A stretch of DNA of 64,000 nt from positions 19,490 to 83,489 of IMG/VR virus record IMGVR_UViG_3300010391_000058; one strand, written 5' to 3'. The translations under genes were made by a program, and so were the position numbers. The notes beneath the pieces are model-generated. The model had not been told where the DNA came from. It saw only the letters and a list, made by a program, of their open reading frames with translations, and ran no database searches. The stretch comes from a virus. Numbering within the stretch: the stretch's first letter is position 1; every line of letters begins with the position of its first letter. Shown here piece after piece: positions 41,665 to 51,012 of this stretch.

Positions 41665-42739
41665 GTGGGGTAAAAATGCACGACTTTTTTCAAACTGAAC
41701 TTTCGATGCTTGACACCTACATGTTATTGATTGTAAGAATGATGTAAAAGAATTTGGAATGTCAAGTGGAATATCAAAACAAAAGTGGTGTAAGAATACA
41801 GGAGAAAAAAACAAACTGACCAAAATGCTTGACCAGAGATGAGCGCAGAAACAAAAGAGATAGTATTAATAGCGGATCGGAGTTGTAAGACATGTATCAA
41901 GAACGAAGTGTGCAGGCATTATTTCGATCTTCATAAATTAATAGGTGAAATGCCACAGCACGGAGCCCCGCATAAAACAGATATCTTATATGACTGTTTA
42001 GCAAATTCATGTTTGTTATTCCAAAAAAAGAAAACAAAATAAGTTCTATATGCTACTACAATTAGAAATGGATATTGATAAGGCAGATCAGCATTTCCAA
42101 CATGCCCCGCAATCTGTTATTGATGCTCATTTAAAAGAAAGGTGGACTAAGGAGTTTACAAAAGCAGTTTTCCCGATGGCCCCCTTTGCGCTTGTAAAAG
42201 GGGCACCGGGCAATGTTACCAGGTATCGAAGCGGTATATGTATTTTGGCTGAATCTCAGTTAAACCATACCTTAGACATGCTGAAGATATTGAAGGGGGT
42301 AAGTCCTGAGAGAGACAATATCATTGATGCGATCCGGGAAGAGCTTTTAAACCGATGAAATGACAGCTGAACAAAAATATTCGAAAGCAATTGCAATAGC
42401 TGAATCGGTTACTGAGACGGCCACGGGGATTGTTCGTGAATTAAAGAAGCTACCGAAAGGGAAGCATAAGCGGAATGTATTTATAAAAACATACAATAGA
42501 AGGCCTGGCAATAAAAGGAAGCGGGCAATTGTTATGATGAATTCAAGCATGTCGGCAATGATGGGAGCTATGCAGGTGGCAATGATCATGCAGACACCAA
42601 TACCCAAATTAAAACCTGGAGGAATTGCGATATGAAGGTTAAAAGCAAATGGTATTGGCATGGGTTATTCATCTTACTGATCCTTTGCTTAACATTTTTT
42701 GTTTTACTATTAACTGGAGCACTAAAATAAACTTTATAT

Positions 42740-43363
42740 ATGAGTGAAGAGACTAATCAACCAGCTGCAACAGCCCTGGCACCGATTACATGGGAGCCAA
42801 AAAAAGTGTATGTAAAGGATTTGAAAGAAAATCCACAGAACCCCAAAATAATTACTGAAGCAGGTAGGCGGCGCTTGCATTTGTCTTTGGATAAATTCGG
42901 GTTGGCCGGCACCATGTCAGTGAATGATGATCTTACAATTATAGACGGTCATAGCCGAAAATCAGAATTGGAAATGAGGGGTATTGAAGAGGTTTGGGTA
43001 TCAGTTCCATCCAGGCCGTTGACAGATGAAGAGTATAAAGAAATGAATGCAATGTTTGATCATGCCAGGGCCGGAGAAGTAGATAAATTCATGACTGAAA
43101 ACCTTTTCAGGGATGAAATGCTGATTGAATGGGATTTGAAGAGCCCAAAAAAAGAGGCTGGAGAAAAAGGGTTGTTCCCGATTGTGCCGAAGTTCGATGA
43201 AAAGCATGATGCATTCGTTATAATCTGTCAAACGGAAAGTGAGATATCTTTTATTCAGAATGCATTGATGCTGGAAGAGAATAGCAGCTACAAAAATAAA
43301 AACACCGGTATCACATTTGTAACCACTGGAAAAAACTTTATTAAGGTATGGCAATCGAAATAA
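42740..43363 (+). CDS. ParB/Srx-like domain protein
   Basis: NPQNPK...KFG...IIDGHSR. Confidence 0.75.
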   Translation: MSEETNQPAATALAPITWEPKKVYVKDLKENPQNPKIITEAGRRRLHLSLDKFGLAGTMSVNDDLTIIDGHSRKSELEMRGIEEVWVSVPSRPLTDEEYKEMNAMFDHARAGEVDKFMTENLFRDEMLIEWDLKSPKKEAGEKGLFPIVPKFDEKHDAFVIICQTESEISFIQNALMLEENSSYKNKNTGITFVTTGKNFIKVWQSK

Positions 43364-44076
43364 AGGTGGTGATCCCTTCAGCTGGAAGGCCCCATAGACA
43401 GAGCACAATAAAACATGTAGCCAATGCAATCATTTGTGTTCCGGAAAAGCAAAAGGCGCTGTATGAAGAGCGGAATAAGGATAATGAGATTGTGGCCCAC
43501 CCGGACAGCATTCTTGGTTTGGGGCCTAAAAGGAATTGGATCTATGAGAAGTTTGGAAACGTGTTTATGATAGATGATGATACCCATGGTTTGCAGCGGC
43601 TATATGAAACCAGGGTAACGATCTGCAGCCCTGAGCAGGCTTATGATATCATTCAGAGCCTTGGCAACCTGGCAAAGATATCCGGCAATTATTTATATGG
43701 CTTTTCGAAGTATGCAAACACCCTCCAATATACAGGCCTGAAGCCATTTGCGTTGACCGGTTACATCAATGGAGTTGGTATTGGGTTGATCGAAAAGAGC
43801 CTGTTGAAGTTTTCAGATAAAATAACATGCAACAACGATGTTTTCATTTCATGTTTGAATGCTCACTATTACCATACATGCTTTATTGATACCAGGTTTT
43901 CATTTAAACAGGATGGAGTGAATAAGGGTGTTGGTGGTATGTCGTTGATCAGGAACCCGGAAACTGATAAAAATGATATTGAATTTTTAAAAAAGTCATT
44001 TGGCAGTGTGCTAAAGTTTAAGCAGCGGGCAGGATCAGCGAAGCAATGGAACATAATGTTGAAACTTCCTTTTTAA
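43348..44076 (+). CDS. GT-A glycosyltransferase, GREB1/TAGT-like
   Basis: IPSAGR, KRNWI, MIDDD, NKGVGG; translationally coupled to the ParB-like gene. Confidence 0.65.
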   Translation: MAIEIKVVIPSAGRPHRQSTIKHVANAIICVPEKQKALYEERNKDNEIVAHPDSILGLGPKRNWIYEKFGNVFMIDDDTHGLQRLYETRVTICSPEQAYDIIQSLGNLAKISGNYLYGFSKYANTLQYTGLKPFALTGYINGVGIGLIEKSLLKFSDKITCNNDVFISCLNAHYYHTCFIDTRFSFKQDGVNKGVGGMSLIRNPETDKNDIEFLKKSFGSVLKFKQRAGSAKQWNIMLKLPF

Positions 44077-44260
44077 GGGCTGCACTCAGCAATTGTGCTA
44101 AAATCTGATGCAAGAAATGTGGCTTCCTTGGACGATCAGGCAATTTTCAGCATTACCTACACAAAAGAAAGTGCTTGCTAGAATTGAAGCTAATGGCCTC
44201 CCAGGTCATTTTTGGGGGTTTAGGGCCCCCGGAACCGGTCAAAATATGACTTCCCCCGGC

Positions 44261-44419
44261 AATTGATTCATTTTCAGGGCCTCATAATTGATTCATTTTC
44301 AATAAAGAATTTACTATAATTTATTGATTTACAATAGTATTGGATCAATCAGGTTGCTATATTTGATTTATCAAAGAGGGATAAAGACCCCGATTTTTAA
44401 ACTTAAAAACTCCGCAATC
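44261..44419 (+). promoter_or_regulatory. Early promoter cassette, copy 1
   Basis: Two TGATTCATT repeats 25 bp apart, TTGCTATATTTG at 44354, leader hairpin, AAAACTCCGCA. Confidence 0.75.
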
Positions 44420-44656
44420 ATGTCAACGAAAATCATTTTAAAAAAAGAGTGGACTTCAAAAGTAACTTTGTCAAATAGCCAGGTGCTAGTTGTAAAATGG
44501 GTTGCTGCCCTTTCAAAGAAAGGTTCTTTCATTATAGCCAATTTCGTAGGTGACAGTAAAAAAATGTCAGTATATCAGCGGGGAATGTCTTGGTCAAAAG
44601 ATCACTTCTTTTTCTTTGATGCCGTAAAAAGAGCCAAAAAAAACTTACCCCGATAA
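44420..44656 (+). CDS. Early hypothetical protein
   Basis: True start ATG 44420. Confidence 0.6.
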   Translation: MSTKIILKKEWTSKVTLSNSQVLVVKWVAALSKKGSFIIANFVGDSKKMSVYQRGMSWSKDHFFFFDAVKRAKKNLPR

Positions 44657-44686
44657 TCAATTTATAAACCTAAAAACTTCGCACAA

Positions 44687-44998
44687 ATGAAAAATACACC
44701 TCAAAAAACCTTTACGGCAATAATGAATGTTTGCCAGGTAAACAACTTCCTTTCTTCAGCCACAAACATGTGGTGCAATTCAGTAGATGAACTCAGGACG
44801 TTCAAAAAGTTCATCCGCATTGAAGAGACAAAACCGTATGACCAGTTGACTGATAAAAATACATTCGTTTCCGCTCAGGAATTACGGGAGTACATGCCGG
44901 CGCAATTATTCAGAGAAATGGAATGTGTGGTTGTCACCTGTCTTATTGAACAGCGGTGGATTGTTGAAATTAAACCTATAAACTCAGTTGTATGTTAG
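44687..44998 (+). CDS. Early hypothetical protein
   Basis: Preceded by AAAACTTCGCACA. Confidence 0.65.
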   Translation: MKNTPQKTFTAIMNVCQVNNFLSSATNMWCNSVDELRTFKKFIRIEETKPYDQLTDKNTFVSAQELREYMPAQLFREMECVVVTCLIEQRWIVEIKPINSVVC

Positions 44999-45172
44999 TA
45001 GTTAAAACCCAGGCCGAAATTGATGAAATGAAAGAAACGGATAGCTATAAAAATGGTGATATCAAGATTATCAGCACAAAAGATATTGGAAACGGCCTGT
45101 TTGAATTGATATTGGAAATCAATTAACCTTCAAAGTGTCTCTTATTTTTAAACCATAAATAAAAACTTCGCA

Positions 45173-46294
45173 ATGAAAAAAACAAGTAAGGCCCCTGCAG
45201 CCAAAAGTGCAGGAAAAAAAGTGATCAATGTAAAGACAGTGGTGACTACCACAACCAAGATGCCCAAAGCCAAAAAGGAAAAGAGCACGGTGCCAGGGTT
45301 TGAAAACCTTCCTGCCGATGCGGTTGAATTCGAAACTCCGGCCCTGGTAGTTGATATGCTACAAACCAATGATGTAAGCGGTGGATCAGTGCTTACCCAG
45401 GTGCCTGAGCCGGAACCAAAAACAGCTCAGGAAATATTTTTGGCAAAGGAGAAAAAGGCAGCTTTGAAAAATGATAACATCTTTATTGATGTTAAGCTGG
45501 AAAACCTTTCTAATCTTACCGGGTTGAAAGTAAGGAAGGGCTTCAGTAAGGTAGTTGTGGCTGAGGGTGAAATAGTAAATGTAGTTAGTCCGAATTACTT
45601 CCTTTTAAAGAATGAAGATTTTTTCCTGGAAGTCGAAAAGAAGTTGATGGAGGCTGATATCAAATACATCAGCAGATCAATTAACCGGCAGAACAGTGAT
45701 TTTGCAGTTGATTACATTTTAGCTGATGAGAATTACCATGTGGATGTAAAAGGCGGGAAAGATAAAATTATCCCGATGCTGAGATTTACGAACATGTACG
45801 GTGGTGGCCCATGTACCGGGAAGTTCGGATTTTTCAGGGAAGTATGTGCCAACGGATTGCATGTTGCCGAAACTAAAGTTGGCTTCAGGATTGGACACAG
45901 GATCAACAGATCAGAGTTGATAATGCCGAACATTAAAGAGCTGGTGGGCCAGTTTTTAAGCAATGAATTTTATAGCCTGCACAAAAAGTTCAAAGTACTT
46001 GCTGAAACCCCGATCACAGACCTGAGTGAATTCGTAAAGTTCACATGTACAAAAATGGATCTGTTTAAGTATGAAGCCAGTGAAAAGAACCCGGATACCC
46101 CAAGTGCAAAAGCTCAGTTGGTGATGGATACCATTTTAGCTGAAAGTAAGGAGTTGGGTGTTGAACCGAATCTTTGGATTGGATACAATGCCTTCAATGT
46201 AGCGGTGCATAGCAGCAATAAGAAGGCCTTCAGTAAGCAAATGAAAACTGATGGTGTTTTATTCAATACGGTTTATGAAATGGCTGCGAATTAA
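45173..46294 (+). CDS. DUF932-like protein with Lys-rich N-terminus
   Basis: VVSPNY.LLKN...N.YGG...REVCANG...H; preceded by AAAACTTCGCA. Confidence 0.65.
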   Translation: MKKTSKAPAAKSAGKKVINVKTVVTTTTKMPKAKKEKSTVPGFENLPADAVEFETPALVVDMLQTNDVSGGSVLTQVPEPEPKTAQEIFLAKEKKAALKNDNIFIDVKLENLSNLTGLKVRKGFSKVVVAEGEIVNVVSPNYFLLKNEDFFLEVEKKLMEADIKYISRSINRQNSDFAVDYILADENYHVDVKGGKDKIIPMLRFTNMYGGGPCTGKFGFFREVCANGLHVAETKVGFRIGHRINRSELIMPNIKELVGQFLSNEFYSLHKKFKVLAETPITDLSEFVKFTCTKMDLFKYEASEKNPDTPSAKAQLVMDTILAESKELGVEPNLWIGYNAFNVAVHSSNKKAFSKQMKTDGVLFNTVYEMAAN

Positions 46295-46316
46295 TTAGGA
46301 CGGTCAATAGTAGATG

Positions 46317-46346
46317 AAACCCCTGGCAGTTTGCCGGGGGTTTTTT
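46317..46346 (+). terminator. Intrinsic terminator
   Basis: AAACCCCTGGCA-GTT-TGCCGGGGGTTTTTT. Confidence 0.85.
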
Positions 46347-46419
46347 ATTCAGGTAAGGCACAATAAAGAGGGCCGGGAAACGGCAGGAAACAGGCCTAAA
46401 ACCAGGTAAAAGTGTGTTT

Positions 46420-46580
46420 AACTGATTCATTTTTAAGGCTTCATAACTGATTCATTCTCAATCCGTGTTTTTATATAATATATTGAAATACAGGTACTTT
46501 GGATTAAAAGCCTTGCTATATTTGAAAGATCAAAGGGGGAAAAGAAAACCCCGATTTTTAAACCTCAAAAACTTCGCACT
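46420..46580 (+). promoter_or_regulatory. Early promoter cassette, copy 2
   Basis: Two TGATTCATT repeats 25 bp apart, TTGCTATATTTG at 46513, leader hairpin, AAAACTTCGCAC. Confidence 0.75.
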
Positions 46581-46934
46581 ATGTTACATTATTCAAAAAT
46601 GATAGACCTTCTGGAAATGCCAGGTACAAAGCAAATGCTGATTAATTATTATACGGGCAAAGCTTCAGGAACGGATGTAAAAAAATACTTTGCGGATCAT
46701 ATAGCCGGGATGGATGATTTTTACCGGAATGCCTTTAATTCATATTTAAGCGATTTGCCGGAAAGTTATTTGGATGATGATTCAATTGAATCGTCAAATT
46801 CAAAGCTAAGTGGTATTTACGATTTTGATTTTGATGAAGCTCCGGAAGGATTGCAGGATAGGGCCGAAATTATCCGGTGGGATATATGCCGTGTTGTTAT
46901 ATCATTTTACCAGGGCCAAAAACAAACAGTATAA
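46581..46934 (+). CDS. Early acidic hypothetical protein
   Basis: Preceded by AAAACTTCGCAC. Confidence 0.65.
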   Translation: MLHYSKMIDLLEMPGTKQMLINYYTGKASGTDVKKYFADHIAGMDDFYRNAFNSYLSDLPESYLDDDSIESSNSKLSGIYDFDFDEAPEGLQDRAEIIRWDICRVVISFYQGQKQTV

Positions 46935-46960
46935 TTATCAACCTCTAAAAACTTCGCACC

Positions 46961-47275
46961 ATGGCAAAGCCGACACTATTACCGGATGAAACTTTTTCAG
47001 TAGTAACCTTTTCCAGGGAATCACTTGAAAAACAAACTGATACTTTATTAACGGACACGTTGATAAATTTCGAAACCAATTATGCGCCTCTTTATCTGCA
47101 TAATGAAATTGGATCTGGAGTACATTTATTCAGCAGGGAGGTGTTAACCAGGCTTTGCGAAGGCAAAGAGGATGTTATGGCAATACCGGGCTATGCTGAG
47201 ATGAAAGCAGACCTGGAAGAGATAGGCCGGATCATGGATGAGCAGAAAGCCACTTATTTCCGGGTGGTAAAATAA
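46961..47275 (+). CDS. Early hypothetical protein
   Basis: Preceded by AAAACTTCGCAC. Confidence 0.65.
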   Translation: MAKPTLLPDETFSVVTFSRESLEKQTDTLLTDTLINFETNYAPLYLHNEIGSGVHLFSREVLTRLCEGKEDVMAIPGYAEMKADLEEIGRIMDEQKATYFRVVK

Positions 47276-47300
47276 AATATTAATCATTAAAACTTCGCAC

Positions 47301-47945
47301 ATGAAAGTAGTAACCAAAAAGGGCTATGACTTTTTCGTAGTAACCAGCGCATTTCAGAAAGCCATTAGAAGAGGGGATGAAACTGTAGCCGTATATCTTC
47401 TGGTGGAATTATTCAACTCAGGGTATGAAAAGTATTTATGGAAGCGGCTAAAGATCATTTCCAGTGAGGATATCGGTTTAGCGGTTCCAAATATGCCGGC
47501 AATCATTCAGGCCCTATATACCAGCTACCAGGAAACGATGAAGGACAGCGAAACAACGGCAAAGGAAGGGATGAGTAGCAGGCCGGAGAGAATGTTTTTA
47601 CTTCATGCGGTATTACTTCTTACCAGGTGCAAGAAGTCCAGGCTAGTTGATTGGGTGTTAATCGAAGCATGGAGAACCCATGATGAGAATCACATGAAAA
47701 TTCCGGACTATGCTTATGATATGCATAACTTTAAGGGCAAGCAGATGAACCGGGGGATAGATCATTTTTACGATGAAGGGACTTTATTAGGAAACTTTTG
47801 TGAGCAACCAGGTGAAAAGGAATGGAAGGAGAAAGCCAGAACAGCACACAAAACAAAGCCGGGCAAATTAAAGTTTGCAGTAGTAAAGAAGGCAAATATT
47901 TCACAGCAACAGGTTATGTTTGAGCCGGAAGAAGATGCAAAATAG
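47301..47945 (+). CDS. MgsA/RarA C-terminal-like protein lacking the AAA+ domain
   Basis: SAFQKAIRRGD...WKRLKIISSEDIGLA...IPDYAYDMH. Confidence 0.7.
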   Translation: MKVVTKKGYDFFVVTSAFQKAIRRGDETVAVYLLVELFNSGYEKYLWKRLKIISSEDIGLAVPNMPAIIQALYTSYQETMKDSETTAKEGMSSRPERMFLLHAVLLLTRCKKSRLVDWVLIEAWRTHDENHMKIPDYAYDMHNFKGKQMNRGIDHFYDEGTLLGNFCEQPGEKEWKEKARTAHKTKPGKLKFAVVKKANISQQQVMFEPEEDAK

Positions 47946-47999
47946 GACGGTTATTATTTATTCATTCGAAATTATTTAACTTCTAAAAAATAAACTTAT

Positions 48000-48254
48000 A
48001 TGAAAAAACTATTATCAGCAGTTATCCTTACACTGCTATTTGCATCCTGCAAAAAGGAAGCTTGCAAAAGAGTAACCATTGAAACAATTAATGGTTGTGA
48101 CAGTCCAATTAAGATCACATATATTATGAAAGATCAAGTTGTATGTGGATCAGAGCTGGCAGATATCCAAAGACGAAACCCGAATACTTATGTTGATATG
48201 CCAGGCCCCGGTGGTGGTACATGTAGAATAACCACGCTAATTATTATACAATAA
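48000..48254 (+). CDS. Lipoprotein
   Basis: MKKLLSAVILTLLFASC lipobox. Confidence 0.75.
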   Translation: MKKLLSAVILTLLFASCKKEACKRVTIETINGCDSPIKITYIMKDQVVCGSELADIQRRNPNTYVDMPGPGGGTCRITTLIIIQ

Positions 48255-48707
48255 TTTCAGTAAAAAAAGTTTTATGAAAATAATCGGATCAACAATAACA
48301 GGGGCCCAAACCTATGTTTGTGTATCAACTGTTTACAATGACAAAGAAATAGACTTCATAGTGAAGGCAGATGCCAATGGTATCGTTGTTGGTAATTATA
48401 AAAGCGGCATGGAAACATCTTACCACCCGTATTTCAATGAAACCAGCGCTGAGAATAAGAAGGCACATTTTAAGTTCATAAAAGATTATGTGGAAAAGAA
48501 GATGAAGCCTACCATGAATCTTGATGTTTACGAAAAGGAAACGATCATTGATGTTGAATTCAAAAGCATGGACAAGCATTTCAAATGGAGCGGGACCCCT
48601 TCGCAGCTTTATAGTGCATTAAAGGCAGAACAATTGATGAATAATTTCAATAAGCAAACCGCTGAAAAAAATAACAGGTCCGATGCCTGATTAAAATTTC
48701 ATTGCAC

Positions 48708-48715
48708 TATATTTG
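48708..48715 (+). promoter_or_regulatory. -7 promoter box TATATTTG for the candidate sRNA
   Basis: Exact TAnnTTTG with no + ORF downstream before the terminator. Confidence 0.7.
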
Positions 48716-48720
48716 TATTT

Positions 48721-48786
48721 CTACTCCCTGGTTACTGTGCGAAGTTCCCAGGGACGGGAGCCCGGCTGAAAAGCGGGGCTTTTTTT
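48721..48786 (+). ncRNA. Candidate trans-acting antisense sRNA (~65 nt)
   Basis: Stem TCCCTGG/CCAGGGA; loop TTACTGTGCGAAGTTC is complementary to AACTTCGCACA; terminator AGCCCGGCT-GAAA-AGCGGGGCT plus T run. Confidence 0.7.
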
Positions 48787-49876
48787 ATTGGCTGAGTGCA
48801 AGCCTGGAAGCCTTCAGTGCTGCAGCAATTACCTGATGCATGTCATAGTACCGATATGAGGCAAGGCGGCCCCCGAATATTATGTTTTCCTCCAGCTGGG
48901 CAAGGTCATTATAAGCCTTAAATTTACGGCTGTTTTTCATATCGTTAACCGGGTAATATTGTTCCATTCCCCGGCTCCAGGCTTGCGGAAATTCGTATGT
49001 AACAACGGTGGCAGGGGAGACGGTATTTTCAAAATGCTTATGTTCTATGGATCTTGTATAAGGTTCCAGGTGGCTGGTGTAATTCATTACAGCACAACCC
49101 TGGAAGTTTTCTACAGGCTTAACCATGGTATCAAAGCGAAGTGACCTGTATTCAAGATCACCGAATTGGTAGCTGTAGAATTGATCCAGGGGCCCGGTGT
49201 ACACAATCTTGCGGGCAATATTTTTCCAGTGCTCAGTATTGGTAAAATAATCAATCTTTAGAATCAGATCAACACCGGAAAGCAGGCCCTTAATGAGCGG
49301 GTTATAGCCTCCAATTGGGATCCCCTGGTAACGATCATTAAAGTAGTTGTTATTGAAAGTGAATCGAACCGGGAGGCGCTTAATGATGAAGGCGGGGAGC
49401 TCAGAACATTGCCGGCCCCATTGTTTTTCCGTGTATTCCTTTATGAGACGGTTATATATGTCATAGCCAACTAATTTCAAGGCCTGTTGTTCCAGGTTAG
49501 CAGGGATACCAGCAAATGATTGCATTAGAATTCTTTGCTTTGCGGCTGCCGGATCAGTGATACCCCAAATCTGGTAAAAGGTATTCATGTTGAAAGGCAG
49601 GTTATAAAGCTTTCCCCCGGTGGTAGCCATTACGGTATGAATGTAGTTATTGAATGAGACGAACTGGTTAACGAATTTCCAGATCGTTTCATCATTGGTG
49701 TGGAAGATATGAGCGCCATGCATGTGTACGTTGATCCCTTCTATATTTTCGCAGGCAATGTTTCCACCGGCCACGGATCGTTTATCAATTACCAGGCAGG
49801 ATTTACCAGCTTGTTTTGCCTGATGAGCAAAAACAGAACCGAAAAGGCCGGAGCCAACTATTAAAAAATCGTACAT
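48785..49876 (-). CDS. glf: UDP-galactopyranose mutase
   Basis: GSGLFG, HMHGAHIFHT, YNLPFNMNTF, KEYTEKQWG, LEYRSL, YYPVND, GRLASYRYYDMHQVI. Confidence 0.95.
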   Translation of the reverse strand: MYDFLIVGSGLFGSVFAHQAKQAGKSCLVIDKRSVAGGNIACENIEGINVHMHGAHIFHTNDETIWKFVNQFVSFNNYIHTVMATTGGKLYNLPFNMNTFYQIWGITDPAAAKQRILMQSFAGIPANLEQQALKLVGYDIYNRLIKEYTEKQWGRQCSELPAFIIKRLPVRFTFNNNYFNDRYQGIPIGGYNPLIKGLLSGVDLILKIDYFTNTEHWKNIARKIVYTGPLDQFYSYQFGDLEYRSLRFDTMVKPVENFQGCAVMNYTSHLEPYTRSIEHKHFENTVSPATVVTYEFPQAWSRGMEQYYPVNDMKNSRKFKAYNDLAQLEENIIFGGRLASYRYYDMHQVIAAALKASRLALSQ

Positions 49877-50262
49877 AAAAATTTTGTGGGTGAATTCAAA
49901 ACACTACATTTACGGGAGAAATGTAATTGTAATCGGGTGAAAAGATAGTGATAACGGGTAATTAGCACAAATTTTTTAAACATAAACCGCATGAAAAATA
50001 AAAAACATTACCCGATAGCCTTGTATAAGGGCCGTGGTAAGCAGCCCTTCTATTGGGTAAAGACAATGGTTAAAAATGGCAGGCAGATATCCAAATCTTC
50101 CGAAAACTATTTGACCAAACAAAAAGCCCTGCAGGGGTTGGCAGCTGATGTGAAAATAACATTTGCAGCTATGAGCCTTGCACCTAATGTAAGCCTTGTG
50201 TACCAGGATTGCACAAATAAAATATCTACAGCGGAGGTATTATTTATTAAAGTGGCTGGTTA

Positions 50263-51012
50263 ATGGGCTTGTTATTAATATTATCGCAATCAAATAGCGG
50301 CAGTACATGGCTGTCCAGCTGTTTAAAGGATCAGTATAAATTATTCCCCAAAGAGTATTTTAATTCTATTTTAAACTATGAAATTCAGCAATATGCTGAT
50401 ACGATCCTTGGCAATGAACAGGAGTACTTCAATCTTGCTGTAAAGGCAAGTAAAAATTCATTTGAATACATGATGCGTTATACATGGTTAGCCCAAAACA
50501 CCTATAATGCAACAAAGGAAAATTACCTGGCATTCAATATACAGAATATAAAGCCATACTTCAAAGAGGTGGTGATGCTATTCAGATCAGTTAAGTATTG
50601 CTTCCCGCCTCAAAGGAGCCGGGTGAAGGTATGGTATAACCAGTGGTATCAATCGTTATTAGCCCATTCCAAGATATGCCCTGAGATAACAAAATTCAAT
50701 AATTGTATTATTCTTACTCATCAAAAAAAAGCTTTACTGGCCTGGCAGGTAGTTAGATGGCAGCTGGAGCTTGAAGCAGACAGGTTGTATATCCCGACAA
50801 TTGACTATGATCGTTTGATGAACTATAGTAAGGAAGAGATAGATTTTAATTATGGGAAGTGGCTTGATGCGGATAAGATCGTTGAAACCAGGAAGCCATG
50901 TACAGTGCCAACACCGGAGCAGCTTAAATTCACTGATGAGTGGAGTGAGGCGCTAATTTATTTTAAGGAAATTCAGCAGTTCCAAATAGTACAAAAACAA
51001 TGGATGTATTAA
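50263..51012 (+). CDS. Sulfotransferase-fold-like protein
   Basis: N-terminal SQSNSGSTWL resembles the PAPS-binding RSGSTWL loop; EYFN, TKE, IDYD follow. Confidence 0.45.
   Translation: MGLLLILSQSNSGSTWLSSCLKDQYKLFPKEYFNSILNYEIQQYADTILGNEQEYFNLAVKASKNSFEYMMRYTWLAQNTYNATKENYLAFNIQNIKPYFKEVVMLFRSVKYCFPPQRSRVKVWYNQWYQSLLAHSKICPEITKFNNCIILTHQKKALLAWQVVRWQLELEADRLYIPTIDYDRLMNYSKEEIDFNYGKWLDADKIVETRKPCTVPTPEQLKFTDEWSEALIYFKEIQQFQIVQKQWMY

Noticed and set aside
41665-41838. Possible decayed Cys-rich gene after the ATPase
   Set aside because: Needs several stops or frameshifts to be repaired; not supportable without homologues.
44077-44260. Zn-finger-like reading CKKCGF...HKRKC after a TGA
   Set aside because: No in-frame start or start-region signal; could be chance.
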